Positions 1 through 15,185 of a stretch of 64,000 bases of DNA are shown here, piece after piece (within the stretch, counting starts at the first letter, position 1; every line of letters starts with the position of its first letter). The position numbers were made by a program, and so were the translations under genes. Source of the DNA: the human T2T-CHM13v2.0 reference genome, Homo sapiens; the NCBI RefSeq assembly GCF_009914755.1, contig NC_060933.1, one strand, 5' to 3'. The notes under the pieces were generated by a model. The model saw only the letters and a program-made list of their open reading frames with translations. It ran no database searches and had not been told where the DNA came from.

Positions 1-53
1 AATGGAATCAACGCGAGTGCAGGGGAATGGAATGGAATGGAATGCAATGGAAT

Positions 54-68
54 GGAATCTTCCGGAAT
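54..68. promoter_or_regulatory. Perfect 3-unit heat shock element consensus (nGAAnnTTCnnGAAn), representative of about 31 copies
   Basis: gGAAt-cTTCc-gGAAt (or gGAAt-aTTCc-gGAAt) starts at 54, 1567, 1802, 7681, 8263, 9101, 11104, 11947, 12182, 13681, 17950, 22104, 23956, 24625, 25778, 27327, 28065, 32278, 34716, 39057, 41814, 42677, 45046, 49739, 53452, 54610, 56757, 57612, 60359, 60889 and 63347. The consensus match is direct; function is inferred. Confidence 0.55.
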
Positions 69-3000
69 GGAATGGAATGGAATGGAATGGAATGGAATGA
101 AATGCAATGGATTCAACTCGATTGCAATGGAATGGAATAGAATGGAATGGAATGGAATGGAATAGAATTAACCCGAATAGAATGGAATGGAATGGAATGG
201 AACGGAATGGAATGGAACGGAATGCAATGGAATAGAAACATCCGGAATGGAATGGAATGGAATGGAATGGAATGGAATCAACCCGAGTGCAATGGAATGG
301 AGTAGAACGGAATGGAATGGAATGGAACAACCCGAATGGAATGGAATGTAATGGAGAGTAAGGGAGTTGAATAGAATCAATCCAAATGTAATGGAATGGA
401 ATGCAACGGAATGGAATGGAATGAAATGGAATGGAATGCAATGGAATGGAATCAACCCGAGTACAAAGGAATGGAATGGAATGGAATGGAATGGAATGGA
501 ATGGAATGGAATGATACCGAATAGAATGGAATGGAACGAAATGGAATGGAATGGAATGGAATGGAATGGAATGGAATGGAATGGAATGGAATGGAATGGA
601 ATCGTTCCGAGTGGAATAGGAGGGAATGTATTCGAGTGGAATGGAAAGGAATGGAATCAACCAGAGTGGAATGGAAGGGAATGGAATGGAATGGAAACTA
701 ATAGAATGGAATCAACCCGAGTGGAATGGAATGGAAAGGACTGGAATGGAATGGAATGGAATGGAATCAACACGATTGTAATGGAATGGAACGGAATGGA
801 ATGGAATGGAATGGAATTAACCCGAATACATTGGAATGGAATGGAATGGAATGGAACGGAATGGAGTGGAATGGAATGGAATCAACCCGAGTGCAGGGGA
901 ATGGAATGGAATGGAATGCACAGCAACGGAATCAACTCGATTGCAATGGAATGGAATGGAATGGAAAGGAATACATTGGAATCAACCCGAGTGGAATGGA
1001 ATGGAAAGGACTGGAATGGAGTGGAATGGAATGGAATGGAATGGAATGGAATGGAATGGAATTAACCCGAATAGAAAGGAATGGAATGGAATGGAACGGA
1101 ACGGAGTGGAATGGAATGGAATGCAATGGAATGGAATGGAATGGAATGGAATCAACCCGACTGCAGGGGAATGGAATGGAACGGAATGCAATGGAATGGA
1201 TTCAACTTGAATGGAATGGAAAGAATGGAATCAACACGAGTGGAATGGCATGGATTGGAATGGAATGGAATGGAATCAACCCGAGTACAGGGGAATGGAA
1301 TGGAATGGAATGCAATGGAATGGAATCATCCGTAATGGAATGGAAAGGAATGGAATGGAATGGAATGGAATGGAATGGAATCAACTCGATTGCAATCGAA
1401 TGGAATGGAATGGAATTAACCCGAATAGAATGGAATGGAATGGAATGGAACGGAACGGAATGGAAAGGAATGGAATGGAATGGAATGGAACGGAACGGAA
1501 TGGAATGGAATGGAATGGAATCAACACGGGTGCAGGGGAATGGAATGGAATGGAATGCAATGGAATGGAATCTTCCGGAATGGAATGGAATGGAATGGAA
1601 TGGAATGAAATGCAATGGATTCAACTCGATTGCAATGGAATGGAATAGAATGGAATGGAATGGAATGGAATGGAATTAACCCGAATAGAATGGAATGGAA
1701 TGGAATGGAACGGAATGGAACGGAATGGAATGGAATGGAATGGAATGGAATGGAATCAACGCGAGTGCAGGGGAATGTAATGTAATGGAATGTAATGGAA
1801 TGGAATCTTCCGGAATGGAATGGAATGGAATGGAATCAACCCGAGTGCAATGGAATGGAGTGGAATGGAATGGAATGGAATGGAACAATCCGAATGGAAT
1901 CGAATGTAATGGAGAGTAAGGGAGTTGAATAGAATCAATCCGAATATAATGGAATGGAATGGAACGGAATGGAATTGAATGGAATGGAATAGAATGCAAT
2001 GGAATGGAATCAACCCGAGTGTAATGGAAGGGAGAGGAATGGAATGGAATGGAGTGGAAACTACCCGAATGGAATGGAATGGAATGCAGTGTAAGGGAAT
2101 TGAATAGAATCAATCCGAATGTAATGGAATGGAATGGAACGGAATGGAATGGAATGCAATGGAATGGAATGGAATGGAATCAACCCGAGTGCAATGGAAT
2201 GGAGTGGAATGGAATGGAATGGAATGGAGCAACCCGAATGGAATGGAATGTAACGGAGAGTAAGGGAGTTGAATAGAATCAATCCGAATGTAATGGAATG
2301 GAATGCAACGGAATGGAATGGAATGGAATGGAATGGAATGCAATGGAATGGAATCAACCCGAGTACAATGGAATGGAATGGAATGGAATGGAATGGAATG
2401 GAATGATACGGAATAGAATGGAATGGAACGAAATGGAATGGAATGGAATGGAATGGAATGGAATGGAATGGAATGGAATGGAATGGGTTCGTTCCGAGTG
2501 GAATAGGAGGGAATGTATTCGAGTGGAATGGAAAGGAATGGAATCAACCAGAGTGGAATGGAAGGGAATGGAATGGAATGGAAACTGTTAGAATGGAATC
2601 AACCCGAGTGGAATGGAATGGAAAGGACTGGAATGGAATGGAATGGAATGGAATCAACTCGATTGTAATGGAATGGAATGGAATGGAATGGAATGGAATG
2701 GAATTAACCCGAATACAATGGAATGGAATGGAATGGAACGGAATGGAGTGGAATGGAATGGAATCAACCCGAGTACAGGGGAATGGAATGGAATGGAATG
2801 CAATGGAATGGAATCATCCGGAATGGAATGGAATGGAATGGAATGGAATGGAATGGAATCAACTTGATTGGAATGGAATGGAATGGAATGGAATGGAATT
2901 AACCCGAATAGAAACGAATGGAATGGAATGGAACGGAACGGAACGGAATGGAATGTAATGGAATGGAATGGAATGGAATGGAATGGAATCAACCCGACTG

Positions 3001-4819
3001 CAGGGGAATGGAATGGAATGGAATGCAATGGAATGGATTCAACTTGAATGGAATGGAAAGAATGGAATCAACACCAGTGGAATGTCATGGATTGGAATGG
3101 AATGGAATGGAATCAACCCGAGTACAGGGGAATGGAATGGAATGGAATGCAATGGAATGGAATCATCCGTAATGGAATGGAATGGAATGGAATGGAATGG
3201 AATGGAATGGAATGGAATGGAATGGAATCAACTCGATGGCAATCGAATGGAATGGAATGGAATTAACCCGAATAGAATGGAATGGAATGGAATGGAACGG
3301 AACGGAAAGGAATGGAATGGAATGGAATGGAATGGAATGGAATGGAATGGAACGGAAAGGAATGGAATGGAATGGAATGGAATGGAATGGAATGGAATGG
3401 AATGGAATCAACGCGAGTGCAGGGGAATGGAATGGAATGGAATGCAATGGAATGGCATCTTCCGGAATGGAATGGAATGGAATGGAATGGAATGGAATGG
3501 AATGGAATAAACCCGAGTGCAATGGAATGGAGTGGAATGGAATGGAATGGAATGGAACAACCCGAATGGAATGGAATGTAATGGAGAGTAAGGGAGTTGA
3601 ATAGAATCAATCCGAATGTAATGGAATGGAGTGGAACGGAATGGAATTGAATGGAATGGAATGGAATGCAATGGAATGGAATCAACTCGAGTGCAATGGA
3701 ATGGAGAGGAATGGAATGGAATGGAATGGAAACTACCTGAATGGAATGGAATGTAATGGAGTGTAAGGGAATTGAATAGAATCAATCCGAATGTAATGGA
3801 ATGGAATGGAACGGAATGGAATGGAATGGAATGCAATGGAATGAAATCAACCCGAGTGCAATCGAATGGAATCGAATGGAATGGAATGCAATGGAATGGA
3901 TTCAACTTGAATGGAATGGAAAGAATGGAATCAACAAGAGTGGAAGGGCATGGATTGGAATGCAATGGAATGGAATCAACCCGAGTACAGGGGAATAGAA
4001 TGGAATGGAATGCAATGGAATGGAATCATCCGTAATGGAATGGTATGGAATGGAATGGAATGGAATGGAATGGAATGGAATGGAATGGAATCAACACGAT
4101 TGCAATCGAATGGAATGGAATGGAATTAACCTGAATAGAATGGAATGGAATGGAATGGAACGGAACGGAACGGAGTGGAATGGAAAGGATTGGAATTGTA
4201 TGGAATGGAATGGCATGGTACGGAATACAATGGAATGGAAAGAATTGGAATGGAATGGAATCGAATGGAATGGAATGGAATGGAATGGAATCAACCCGAG
4301 TGCAGGGGAATGTGATGGAACGGAATGCAATGGAATGGAATCATCCGGAATGGAATGGAATGGAATGGAATGGAATGGAATGGAATGGAATGGAATGGAA
4401 TAAACCCGAGTGCAATGGAATGGAGTGGAATGGAATGGAATGGAATGGAACAACCAGAATGGAATGGAATGTAATGGAGAGTAAGGGAGTTGAATAGAAT
4501 CAATCCTAATGTAATGCAATGGAACGGAATGGGATGGAATGGAATGGAATGGAATGGAACGGAATGGAATGGAATGGAATGGAATGGAATCAACCCGAGT
4601 GCAATCGAATGGAATCGAATGGAATGGAATGCAATGGAATGGATTCAACTTGAATGGAATGGAAAGAATGGAATCAACACGAGTGGAATGGCATGGATTG
4701 GAATGGAATGGAATGGAATCAACCCGAGTACAGGGGAATGGAATGGAATGGAATGCAATGGAATGGAATCATCCGTAATGGAATGGAAAGGAATGGAATG
4801 GAATGGAATGGAATGGAGT

Positions 4820-7800
4820 GGAATCAACTCGATTGCAATCGAATGGAATGGAATGGAATTAACCCGAATAGAATGGAATGGAATGGAATGGAACGGAACG
4901 GAATGGAATGGAATGGAATGGAATGGAATGCAATGGAACGGAACGGAATGGCATGGATTGGAATGGAATGGAATGGAATCAACCCGAGTACAGGGGAATG
5001 GAATGGAATGGAATGCAATGGAATGGAATCATCCGTAATGGAATGGAAAGGAATGGAATGGAATGGAATGGAATGGATTCAACTCGATTGCAATGGAATG
5101 GAATAGAATGGAATGGAATGGAATGGAATGGAATTAATCCGAATAGAATGGAATGGAATGGAATGGAACGGAATGGAATGGAATGGAATGGAATGGAATG
5201 GTATGGAATGGAATGGAATGGTACGGAATAGAATGGAATGGAACGAATTGTAATGGAATGGGATTGAATGGAATGGAATGGAATGGAATGGAATCAACGC
5301 GAGTGCAGGGGAATGTAATGGAACGGAATGCAATGGAATGGAATCATCCGGAATGGAATGGAATGGAATGGAATGGAATGGAATCAACCCGAGTGCAATG
5401 GAATGGCGTGGAATGGAATTGGACAGAATGGAACAACCCGAATGGAATGGAATGGAGACTAAGGGAGTTGAATAGAATCAATCCGAATGTAATGGAATGA
5501 AATGCAACGGAATGGAATGGAATGGAATGGAATGGAATGCAATGGAATTGAATCAACCCGAGTACAATGGAATGGAATGGAATGGAATGGAATGGAATGG
5601 AATGGAATGGAATGATACGGAATAGAATGGAATGGAACGAAATGGAATGGAAAGGAATGGAATGGAATGGAATGGAATGGAATGGAATGGAATAGAATCG
5701 TTCCGAGTGGAATAGGAGGGAATGTATTCGAGTGGAATGGAAAGGAATGGAATCAACCAGAGTGGAATGGAAGGGAATGGAATGGAATAGAAATTAATAG
5801 AATGGAATCAACCCGAGTGGAATGGAATGGAAAGGACTGGAATGGAATGGAATGGAATGGGATCAACTCGATTGTAATGGAATGGAATGGAATGGAATGG
5901 AATGGAATGGAATGGAATTAACCCGAATACAATGCAATGCAATGGAATGGAAAGGAATGGAGTGGAATGGAATGGAATCAACCCGAGTGCAGGGCAATGG
6001 AATGGAATGGAATGCAATGGAATGGAATCATGCGGAATGGAATGGAATGGAATGGAATGCAAAGCAATGGAATCAACTCGATTGCCATGGAATGGAATGG
6101 AATGGAAAGGAATACATTGGAATCAACCCGAGTGGAATGGAATGGAAAGGACTGGAATGGAGTGGAATGGAATGGAATGGAATGGAACGGAATCAACTCG
6201 ATTGGAATGCAATGGAATGGAATGGAATGGAATGGAATGGAATTAACCCGAATAGAATGGAATGGAATGGAATGGAACGGAACGGAATGGAGTGGAATGG
6301 AATGGAATGGAATGGAAACAACCCGACTGCAGGGGAATGGAATGGAATGGAAGGCAATGGAATGGATTCAACTTGAATGGAATGGAAGGAATGGAATCAA
6401 CACGAGTGGAATGGCATGGATTGGAATGGAATGGAATGGAATCAACCCGAGTACAGGGGAATGGAATGGAATGGAATGCAATGGAATGGAATCATCCGTA
6501 ATGGAATGGAAAGGAATGGAATGGAATGGAATGGAATGGAATCAACTCGAATGCAATCGAATGGAATGGAATGGAATTAACCCGAATACATCGGAATGGA
6601 ATGGAATGGAACGGAACGGAATGGAATGGAATGGAATGGAATGGAATGGAACGGAAAGGAATGGAATGGAATGGAATGGAATGGAATGGAATGGAATGGA
6701 ATGGAATCAACGCGAGTGCAGGGGAATGGAATGGAATGGAATGCAATGGAATGGAATCTTCCGCAATGGAACGGAATGGAATGGAATGGAATGGAATGGA
6801 ATGGAATGGAATGGAATGGAATAAACCCCAGTGCAATGGAATGGAGTGGAATGGAATGGAATGGAATGGAACAACCCGAATGGAATGGAATGTAATGGAG
6901 AGTAAGGGAGTTGAATAGAATCAATCCGAATGTAATGGAATGGAATGGAACGGAATGGAATTGAATGGAATGGAATGGAATACAATGGAATGGAATCAAC
7001 CCGAGTTCAATGGAATGGAGAGGAATGGAATGGAATGGAATGGAAACTACCCGAATGGAATGGAATGTAATGGAGTGTAAGGGAATTGAATAGAATCAAT
7101 CCGAATGTAATGGAATGGAATGGAACGGAATGGAATGGAATGGAATGGAATGGAATGGAATGGAACGGAATGGAATGGAATGGAATGCAATGGATTGGAA
7201 TGGAATGGAATACAATGGAATGGAATCAACCCGAGTGCAATCGAATGGAATCGAATGGAAAAGAATGCAATGGAATGGATTCAACTTGAATGGAATGGAA
7301 AGAATGGAATCAACACGAGTGGAATGGCATGGATTGGAATGGAATGGAATGGAATCAACCCGAGTACAAGAGAATGGAATGGAATGGAATGCAATGGAAT
7401 GGAATTATCCGTAATGGAATGGAAAGCAGTGGAATGGAATGGAATGGAATGGAATGGAATGGAATGGAATGGAATGGAATCAACTCGATTGCAATCGAAT
7501 GGAATGGAATGGAATTAACCCGAATAGAATGGAATGGAATGGAATGGAATGGAACGGAATGGAATGGAATGGAATGGAATGGAATGGAACGGAAAGGAAG
7601 GGAATGGAATGGAATAGAATGGAATGGAATGGAATCAACGCGAGTGCAGGGGAATGGAATGGAATGGAATGCAATGGAATGGAATATTCCGGAATGGAAT
7701 GTAATGGAATGGAATGGAATGGAATGGAATCAAACCGAGTGCAATCGAATGGAATCGAATGGAAAAGAATGCAATGGAATGGATTCAACTTGAATGGAAT

Positions 7801-10800
7801 GGAAAGAATGGAATCAACCCGAGTGCAATCGAATGGAATCGAATGGAATGGAACGCAATGGAATCGATTCAACTTGAATGGAATGGAAAGAATGGAATCA
7901 ACACGAGTGGAATGGCATGGATTGGAATGGAATGGAATGGAATCAACCCGAGTACAGGGGAATGGAATGGAATGGAATGCAATGGAATGGAATCATCCGT
8001 AATGGAATGGAAAGGAATGGAATGGAATGGAATGGAATGGAATGGAATGGAATGGAATCAACTCGATTGCAATCGAATGGAATGGAATGGAATTAACCCG
8101 AATAGAATGGAATGGAATGGAATGGAACAGAACGGAATGGAATGGAATGTAATGGAATGGAATGGAATGGAATGGAACGGAACGGAACGGAATGGAATGG
8201 AATGGAATGGACTGGAATCAACGCGAGTGCAGGTAATGGAATGGAATGGAATGCAATGGAATGGAATCTTCCGGAATGGAATGGAATGGAATGGAATGGA
8301 ATCAACCCGAGTGCAATGGAATGGAGTGGAATGGAATGGAATGGAATGGAACAACCCGAATGGAATGGAATGTAATGGAGAGTAAGGGATTTGAATAGAA
8401 TCAATCCGAATGTAATGGAATGGAATGGAACGGAATGGAATTGAATGGAATGGAATGGAATGCAATGGAATGGAATCAACCCGAGTGCAATGGAATGGAC
8501 TGGAATGGAATGGAATGGAATGGAAACTACCCGAATGGAATGGAATGTAATGGAGTGTAAGGGAATTGAATAGAATCAATCCGAATGTAATGGAATGGAA
8601 TGGAACGGAATGGAATGGAATGGAATGGAATGGAATGGAATGCAATGGAATGGAATCAACCCGAGTGCAATCGAATGGAATCGAATGGAATGGAATAAAA
8701 TGGAATGGATTCAACTTGAATGGAATGGAAAGAATAGAATCAACACGAGTGGAATGGCATGGATTGGAATGGAATGGAATGGAATCAACCCGAGTACAGG
8801 GGAATGGAATGGAATGGAATGCAATGGAATGGAATCATCCGTAATGGAATGGAAAGGAATGGAATGGAATGGAATGGAATGGAATGGAATTGAATGGAAT
8901 GGAATGGAATGGAATCAACTCGATTGCAATCGAATGGAATGGAATGGAATTAACCCGAATAGAATGGAATGGAATGGAATGGAACGGAACGGAATGGAAT
9001 GGAATGGAATGGAATGGAACGGAACGGTACGGAATGGAATGGAATGGAATGGAATCAACGCGAGTGCAGGGGAATGGAATGGAATGGAATGCAATGGAAT
9101 GGAATCTTCCGGAATGGAATGGAATGGAATGGAATGGAATCAACTCGATTGCAATCGAATGGAATGGAATGGAATTAACCCGAATAGAATGGAATGGAAT
9201 GGAATGGAACGGAACGGAACGGAATGGAATGGAATGGAATGGAATGGCATGGAACGGAACGGAATGGCATGGATTGGAATGGAATGGAATGGAATCAACC
9301 CGAGTACAGGGGAATGGAATGGAATGGAATGCAATGGAATGGAATCATCCGTAATGGAATGGAAAGGAATGGAATGGAATGGAATGGAATGGATTCAACT
9401 CGATTGCAATGGAATGGAATAGAATGGAATGGAATGGAATGGAATGGAATTAATCCGAATAGAATGGAATGGAATGGAATGGAACGGAATGGAACGGAAT
9501 GGAATGGAATGGAATGGAATGGAATGCTATGGAATGGAATGGAATGGTACGGAATAGAATGGAATGGAACGAATTGTAATGGAATGGAATTGAATGGAAT
9601 AGAATGGAATGGAATGGAATCAACGCGAGTGCAGGGGAATGTAATGGAACGGAATGCAATGGAATGGAATCATCCGGAATGGAATGGAATGGAATGGAAT
9701 GGAATGGAATGGAATGGAATCAACCCGAGTGCAATGGAATGGAGTGGAATGGAATGGAATGGAATGGAACAACCCGAATGGAATGGAATGGAATGGAGAG
9801 TAAGGGAGTTGAATAAAATCAATCCGAATGTAATGGAATGGAATGCAACGGAATGGAATGGAATGGAATGGAATGCAATGTAATTGAATCAACCCGAGTA
9901 CAATAGAATGGAATGGAATGGAATGGAATGAAATGGAATGGAATGGAATGGAATGATACGGAATAGAATGGAATGGAACGAAATGGAATGGAATGGAATG
10001 GAATGAAATGGAATGGAATGGAATCGTTCCGAGTGGAATAGGAGGGAATGTATTGGAGTGGAATGGAAAGGAATGGAATCAACCAGAGTGGAATGGAAGG
10101 GAATGGAATGGAATGGAAACTAATAGAATGGAATCAACCCGAGAGGAATGGAATGGAAAGGACTGGAATGGAATGGAATGGAATGGAATCAACTCGATTG
10201 TAATGGAATGGAATGGAATGGAATGGAATGGAATGGAATGGAATGGAATTAACCCGAATACAATGCAATGGAATGCAATGGAACGGAATGGAGTGGAATG
10301 GAATGGAATCAACCCGAGTGCAGGAGAATGGAATGGAATGGAATGCAATGGAATGGAATCATCCGGAATGGAATGGAATTTAATCGAATGCAAAGCAATG
10401 GAATCAACTCGATTGCAATGGAATGGAATGGAATGGAAAGGAATACATTGGAATCAACCCGATTGGAATGGAATGGAAAGGACTGGAATGGAGTGGAATG
10501 GAATGGAATGGAATGGAATGGAATCAACTCGATTGGAATGGAATGGAATGGAATGGAATGGAATGGAATGGAATGGAATGGAATTAACCCGAATAGAATG
10601 GAATGGAATGGAATGCAACGGAACGGAATGGAATGGAATGGAATGGAATGGAATGGAATGCAGACAACCTGACTGCAGGGGAATGGAATGGAATGGAATG
10701 CAATGGAATGGATTCAACTTGAATGGAATGGAAAGAATGGAATCAACACGAGTGGAATGGCATGGATTGGAATGGAATGGAATGGAATCAACCCAAGTAC

Positions 10801-11990
10801 AGGGGAATGGAATGGAATGGAATGCAATGGAATGGAATCATCCGTAATGGAATGGAAAGGAATGGAATGGAATGGAATGGAATGGAATGGAATGGAATGG
10901 AATCAACTCGATTGCAATCGAATGGAATGGAATGGAATTAACCCGAATAGAATGGAATGGAATGGAATGGAATGGAACGGAACGGCATGGAATGGAATGG
11001 AATGGAATGGAACGGAAAGGAAGGGAATGGAATGGAATAGAATGGAATGGAATGGAATCAACGCGAGTGCAGGGGAATGGAATGGAATGGAATGCAATGG
11101 AATGGAATCTTCCGGAATGGAATGGAATGGAATGGAATGGAATGGAATCAACCCGAGTGCAATGGAATGGAGTGGAATGGAATGGAATGGAATGGAACAA
11201 CCCGAATGGAATGGAATGTAATGGAGAGTAAGGGAGTTGAATAGAATCAATCCGAATGTAATGGAATGGAATGGAACGGAATGGAATTGAATGGAATGGA
11301 ATGGAATGCAATGGAATGGAATCAACCCGAGTGCAATGGAATGGAGAGGAATGGAATGGAATGGAATGGAAACTACCCGAATGGCATGGAATGTAATGGA
11401 GTGTAAGGGAATTGAATAGAATCAAACCGAATGTAATGGAATGGAATGGAACGGAATGGAATGGAATGGAATGGAATGGAATGGAATGGAATGCAATGGA
11501 ATGGAATCAACCCGAGTGCAATCGAATGGATTCGAATGGAATGGAATGCAATGGAATGGATTCAACTTGAATGGAATGGAAAGAATGGAATCAACACGAG
11601 TGGAATGGCATGGATTGGAATGGAATGGAATGGAATCAACCCGAGTACAGGGGAATGGAATGGAATGGAATGCAATGAAATGGAATCATCCGTAATGGAA
11701 TGGAAAGGAATGGAATGGAATGGAATGGAATGGAATGGAATGGAATGGAATCAACTCGATTGCAATCGAATGGAATGGAATGGAATTAACCTGAATAGAA
11801 TGGAATGGAATGGAATGGAACGGAACGGAATGGAATGGAATGGAATGGAATGGAACGGAACGGAACGGAATGGAATGGAATGGAATGGAATGCAATGGAA
11901 TCAACGCGAGTGCAGGGGAATGGAATGGAATGGAATGCAATGGAATGGAATATTCCGGAATGGAATGGAATGGAATGGAATGGAATGGAA
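4820..11990 (+). repeat. Diverged duplication with ~4.3 kb offset (about 4820-7700 vs 9140-11990)
   Basis: Shared rare junction AACGGAATGGCATGGATTGG (~4942/9258), AATTGAATCAACCCGAGTAC (~5546/9882) and GGAATATTCCGG (7681/11947). The ORF-track twins 4824/9140 and 4878/9194 are offset by 4316. Confidence 0.75.
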
Positions 11991-12744
11991 TGGAATCAAC
12001 TCGATTGCAATCGAATGGAATGGAATGGAATTAACCCGAATAGAATGGAATGGAATGGAATGGAACGGAACGTAATGGAATGGAATGGAATTGAATGGAA
12101 TGGAACGGAACGGAATAGAATGGAATGGAATGGAATCAACGCGAGTGCAGGGGAATGGAATGGAATGGAATGCAATGGAATGGAATCTTCCGGAATGGAA
12201 TGGAATGGAATGGAATGGAATGAAATGCAATGGGTTCAACACGATTGCAATGGAATGGAATAGAATGGAATGGAATGGAATGGAATGGAGATAATTCGAA
12301 TAGAATGGAATGGAATGGAATGGAACGGAATGGAACGGAATGGAATGGAATGGAATGGAATGGTATGGAATGGAATGGAATGGTACGGAATAGAATGGAA
12401 TGGAATGATACGGAATAGAATGGAATGGAACGAAATGGAATGGAATGGAATGGAATGGAATAGTTCCGAGTGGAATAGGAGGGAATGTATTCGAGTGGAA
12501 TGGAAAGGAATGGAATCAACCAGAGTTGAATGGAAGGGAATGGATTGGAATGGAAACTAATAGAATGGAATCAACCCGAGAGGAATGGAATGGAAAGGAC
12601 TGGAATGGAATGGAATGGAATGGAATCAACTCGATTGTAATGGAATGGAATGGAATGGAATGGAATTGAATGGAATTAACCCGAATACAATGCAATGGAA
12701 TGGAATGGAACGGAATGGAGTGGAATGGAATGGAATCAACCCTA

Positions 12745-15185
12745 GTGGAGGGGAATGGAATGGAATGAAATGCAATGGAATGGAATCATCCGGAATGGAA
12801 TGGAATGGAATGGAATGCAAAGCAATGGAATCAACTCGATTGCAATGGAATGGAATGGAATGGAAAGGAATACATTGGAATCAACCCGAGTGGAATGGAA
12901 TGGAAAGGCCTGGAATGGAGTGGAATGGAATGGAATGGAATTTAATGAAATCAACTCGATTGGAATGGAATGGAATGGAATGGAATGGAATGGAATGGAA
13001 TGGAATGGAATGATACGGAATAGAATGGAATGGAACGAAATGGAATGGAATGGAATGGAATGGAATGGAATGGAATGGAATCGTTCCGAGTGAAATGGGA
13101 GGGAATGAATTCGAGTGGAATGGAAAGGAATGGAATCAACCAGAGTGGAATGGAAGGGAATGGAATGGAATGGAAACTAATAGAATGGAATCAACCCGAG
13201 TGGAATGGAATGGAAAAGACTGGAATGGAAAGGAAAGGAATGGAATGGAATGGAATGGAATGGAATGGAATGGAATGGAATCAACGCGAGTGCAGGGGAA
13301 TTGAATGGAATCGAATGGAATGGAATGGAATGGAAAGGAATCAACCCGAGTGCAGGGGAATGTAATGGAACGGAATGCAATGGAATGGAATCATCCGGAA
13401 TGGAATGGAATGGAATGGAAAGGAATCAACCCGAGTGCAATGGAATGGAGTGGAATGGAATGGAATGGAATGGAACAACCCGAATGGAATGGAATGTAAT
13501 GGAGAGTAAGGGAGTTGAAAAGAATCAATCCGAATGTAATGGAATGGAATGGAAAGGAATGGAATGGAATGGAATGGAATGGAATGGAATGCAATGGAAT
13601 GGAATCAACCCGAGTACAATGGAATGGAATGGAATGGAATGGAATGGAATGGAATGGAATGGAATGGAATGCAATGGAATGGAATCTTCCGGAATGGAAT
13701 GGAATGGAATGGAATGGAATGGAATGGAATGGAATGGAATGCAATGGATTCAACTAGATTGCAATGGAATGGAATAGAATGGAATGGAATGGAATGGAAT
13801 GGAATTAAACCGAATAGAATGGAATGGAATGGAATGGAACGGAACGGAACGGAACGGAACGGAGTGGAATGGAATGGAATGGAATTGTATGGAATGGAAT
13901 GGAATGGTACGGAATAGAATGGAATGGAAAGAATTGGAATGGAATGGAATCGAAGGGAATGGAATGGAATGGAATGGAATCAACCCGAGTGCAGGGGAAT
14001 GGAATGGAATGAAATGCAATGGAATGGAATCATCCGGAATGGAATGGAATGGAATGGAATGCAAAGCAATGGAATCAACTCGATTGCAATGGAATGGAAT
14101 GGAATGGAAAGGAATACATTGGAATCAACCCGAGTGGAATGGAATGGAAAGGCCTGGAATGGAGTGGAATGGAATGGAATGGAATGGAATGAAATCAACT
14201 CGATTGGAATGGAATGGAATGGAATGGAATGGAATGGAATGGAATGATACGGAATAGAATGGAATGGAATGAAATGGAATGGAATGGAATGGAATGGAAA
14301 GGAATGGAATGGAATGGAATGGAATGGAATCGTTCCGAGTGGAATGGGAGGGAATGTATTCGAGTGGAATGGAAAGGAATGGAATCAACCAGAGTGGAAT
14401 GGAAGGGAATGGAATGGAATGGAAACTAATAGAATGGAATCAACCCGAGTGGAATGGAATGGAAAAGACTGGAATGGAAAGGAAAGGAATGGAATGGAAT
14501 GGAATGGAATGGAATGGAATGGAATGGAATCAACGCGAGTGCAGGGGAATTGAATGGAATCGAATGGAATGGAATGGAATGGAAAGGAATCAACCCGAGT
14601 GCAGGGGAATGTAATGGAACGGAATGCAATGGAATGGAATCATCCGGAATGGAATGGAATGGAATGGAAAGGAATCAACCCGAGTGCAATGGAATGGAGT
14701 GGAATGGAATGGAATGGAATGGAACAACCCGAATGGAATGGAATGTAATGGAGAGTAAGGGAGTTGAAAAGAATCAATCCGAATGTAATGGAATGGAATG
14801 GAAAGGAATGGAATGGAATGGAATGGAATGGAATGGAATGCAATGGAATGGAATCAACCCGAGTACAATGGAATGGAATGGAATGGAATGGAATGGAATG
14901 GAATGGAATGGAATGGAATGGAATGGAATGGAATGCAATGGATTCAACTAGATTGCAATGGAATGGAATAGAATGGAATGGAATGGAATGGAATGGAATT
15001 AAACCGAATAGAATGGAATGGAATGGAATGGAACGGAACGGAACGGAACGGAACGGAGTGGAATGGAATGGGATGGAATTGTATGGAATGGAATGGAATG
15101 GTACGGAATAGAATGGAATGGAAAGAATTGGAATGGAATGGAATCGAAGGGAATGGAATGGAATGGAATGGAATCAACCCGAGTG
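12745..15185 (+). repeat. Tandem duplication, unit ~1.2-1.25 kb
   Basis: Private variants occur in both copies: AAGGCCTGG (~12905/14149), AAAAGACTGG (~13214/14463), GGGGAATTGAATGG (~13295/14544) and CAACTAGATT (13751/14945). Identical ORFs 13177/14426 and 13305/14554 are offset by 1249. Confidence 0.9.

Noticed and set aside
18-30. G-quadruplex at GCAGGGG modules
   Set aside because: The G3/G4 tracts are isolated and hundreds of bases apart. Only two-G runs are dense, so no canonical three-tier G4 motif is present.
361-395. DUX4 site in TTGAATAGAATCAATCC
   Set aside because: It does not match TAAYYYAATCA well; only the AATCA half is present.
601-640. Module A (GAATCGTTCC, GAATGTATTC) as additional HSEs; AGGAGG as a Shine-Dalgarno site
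   Set aside because: The GAA-TTC spacing is 3-4 nt rather than the 2 nt required for an HSE. AGGAGG is incidental in eukaryotic satellite with no real CDS downstream.
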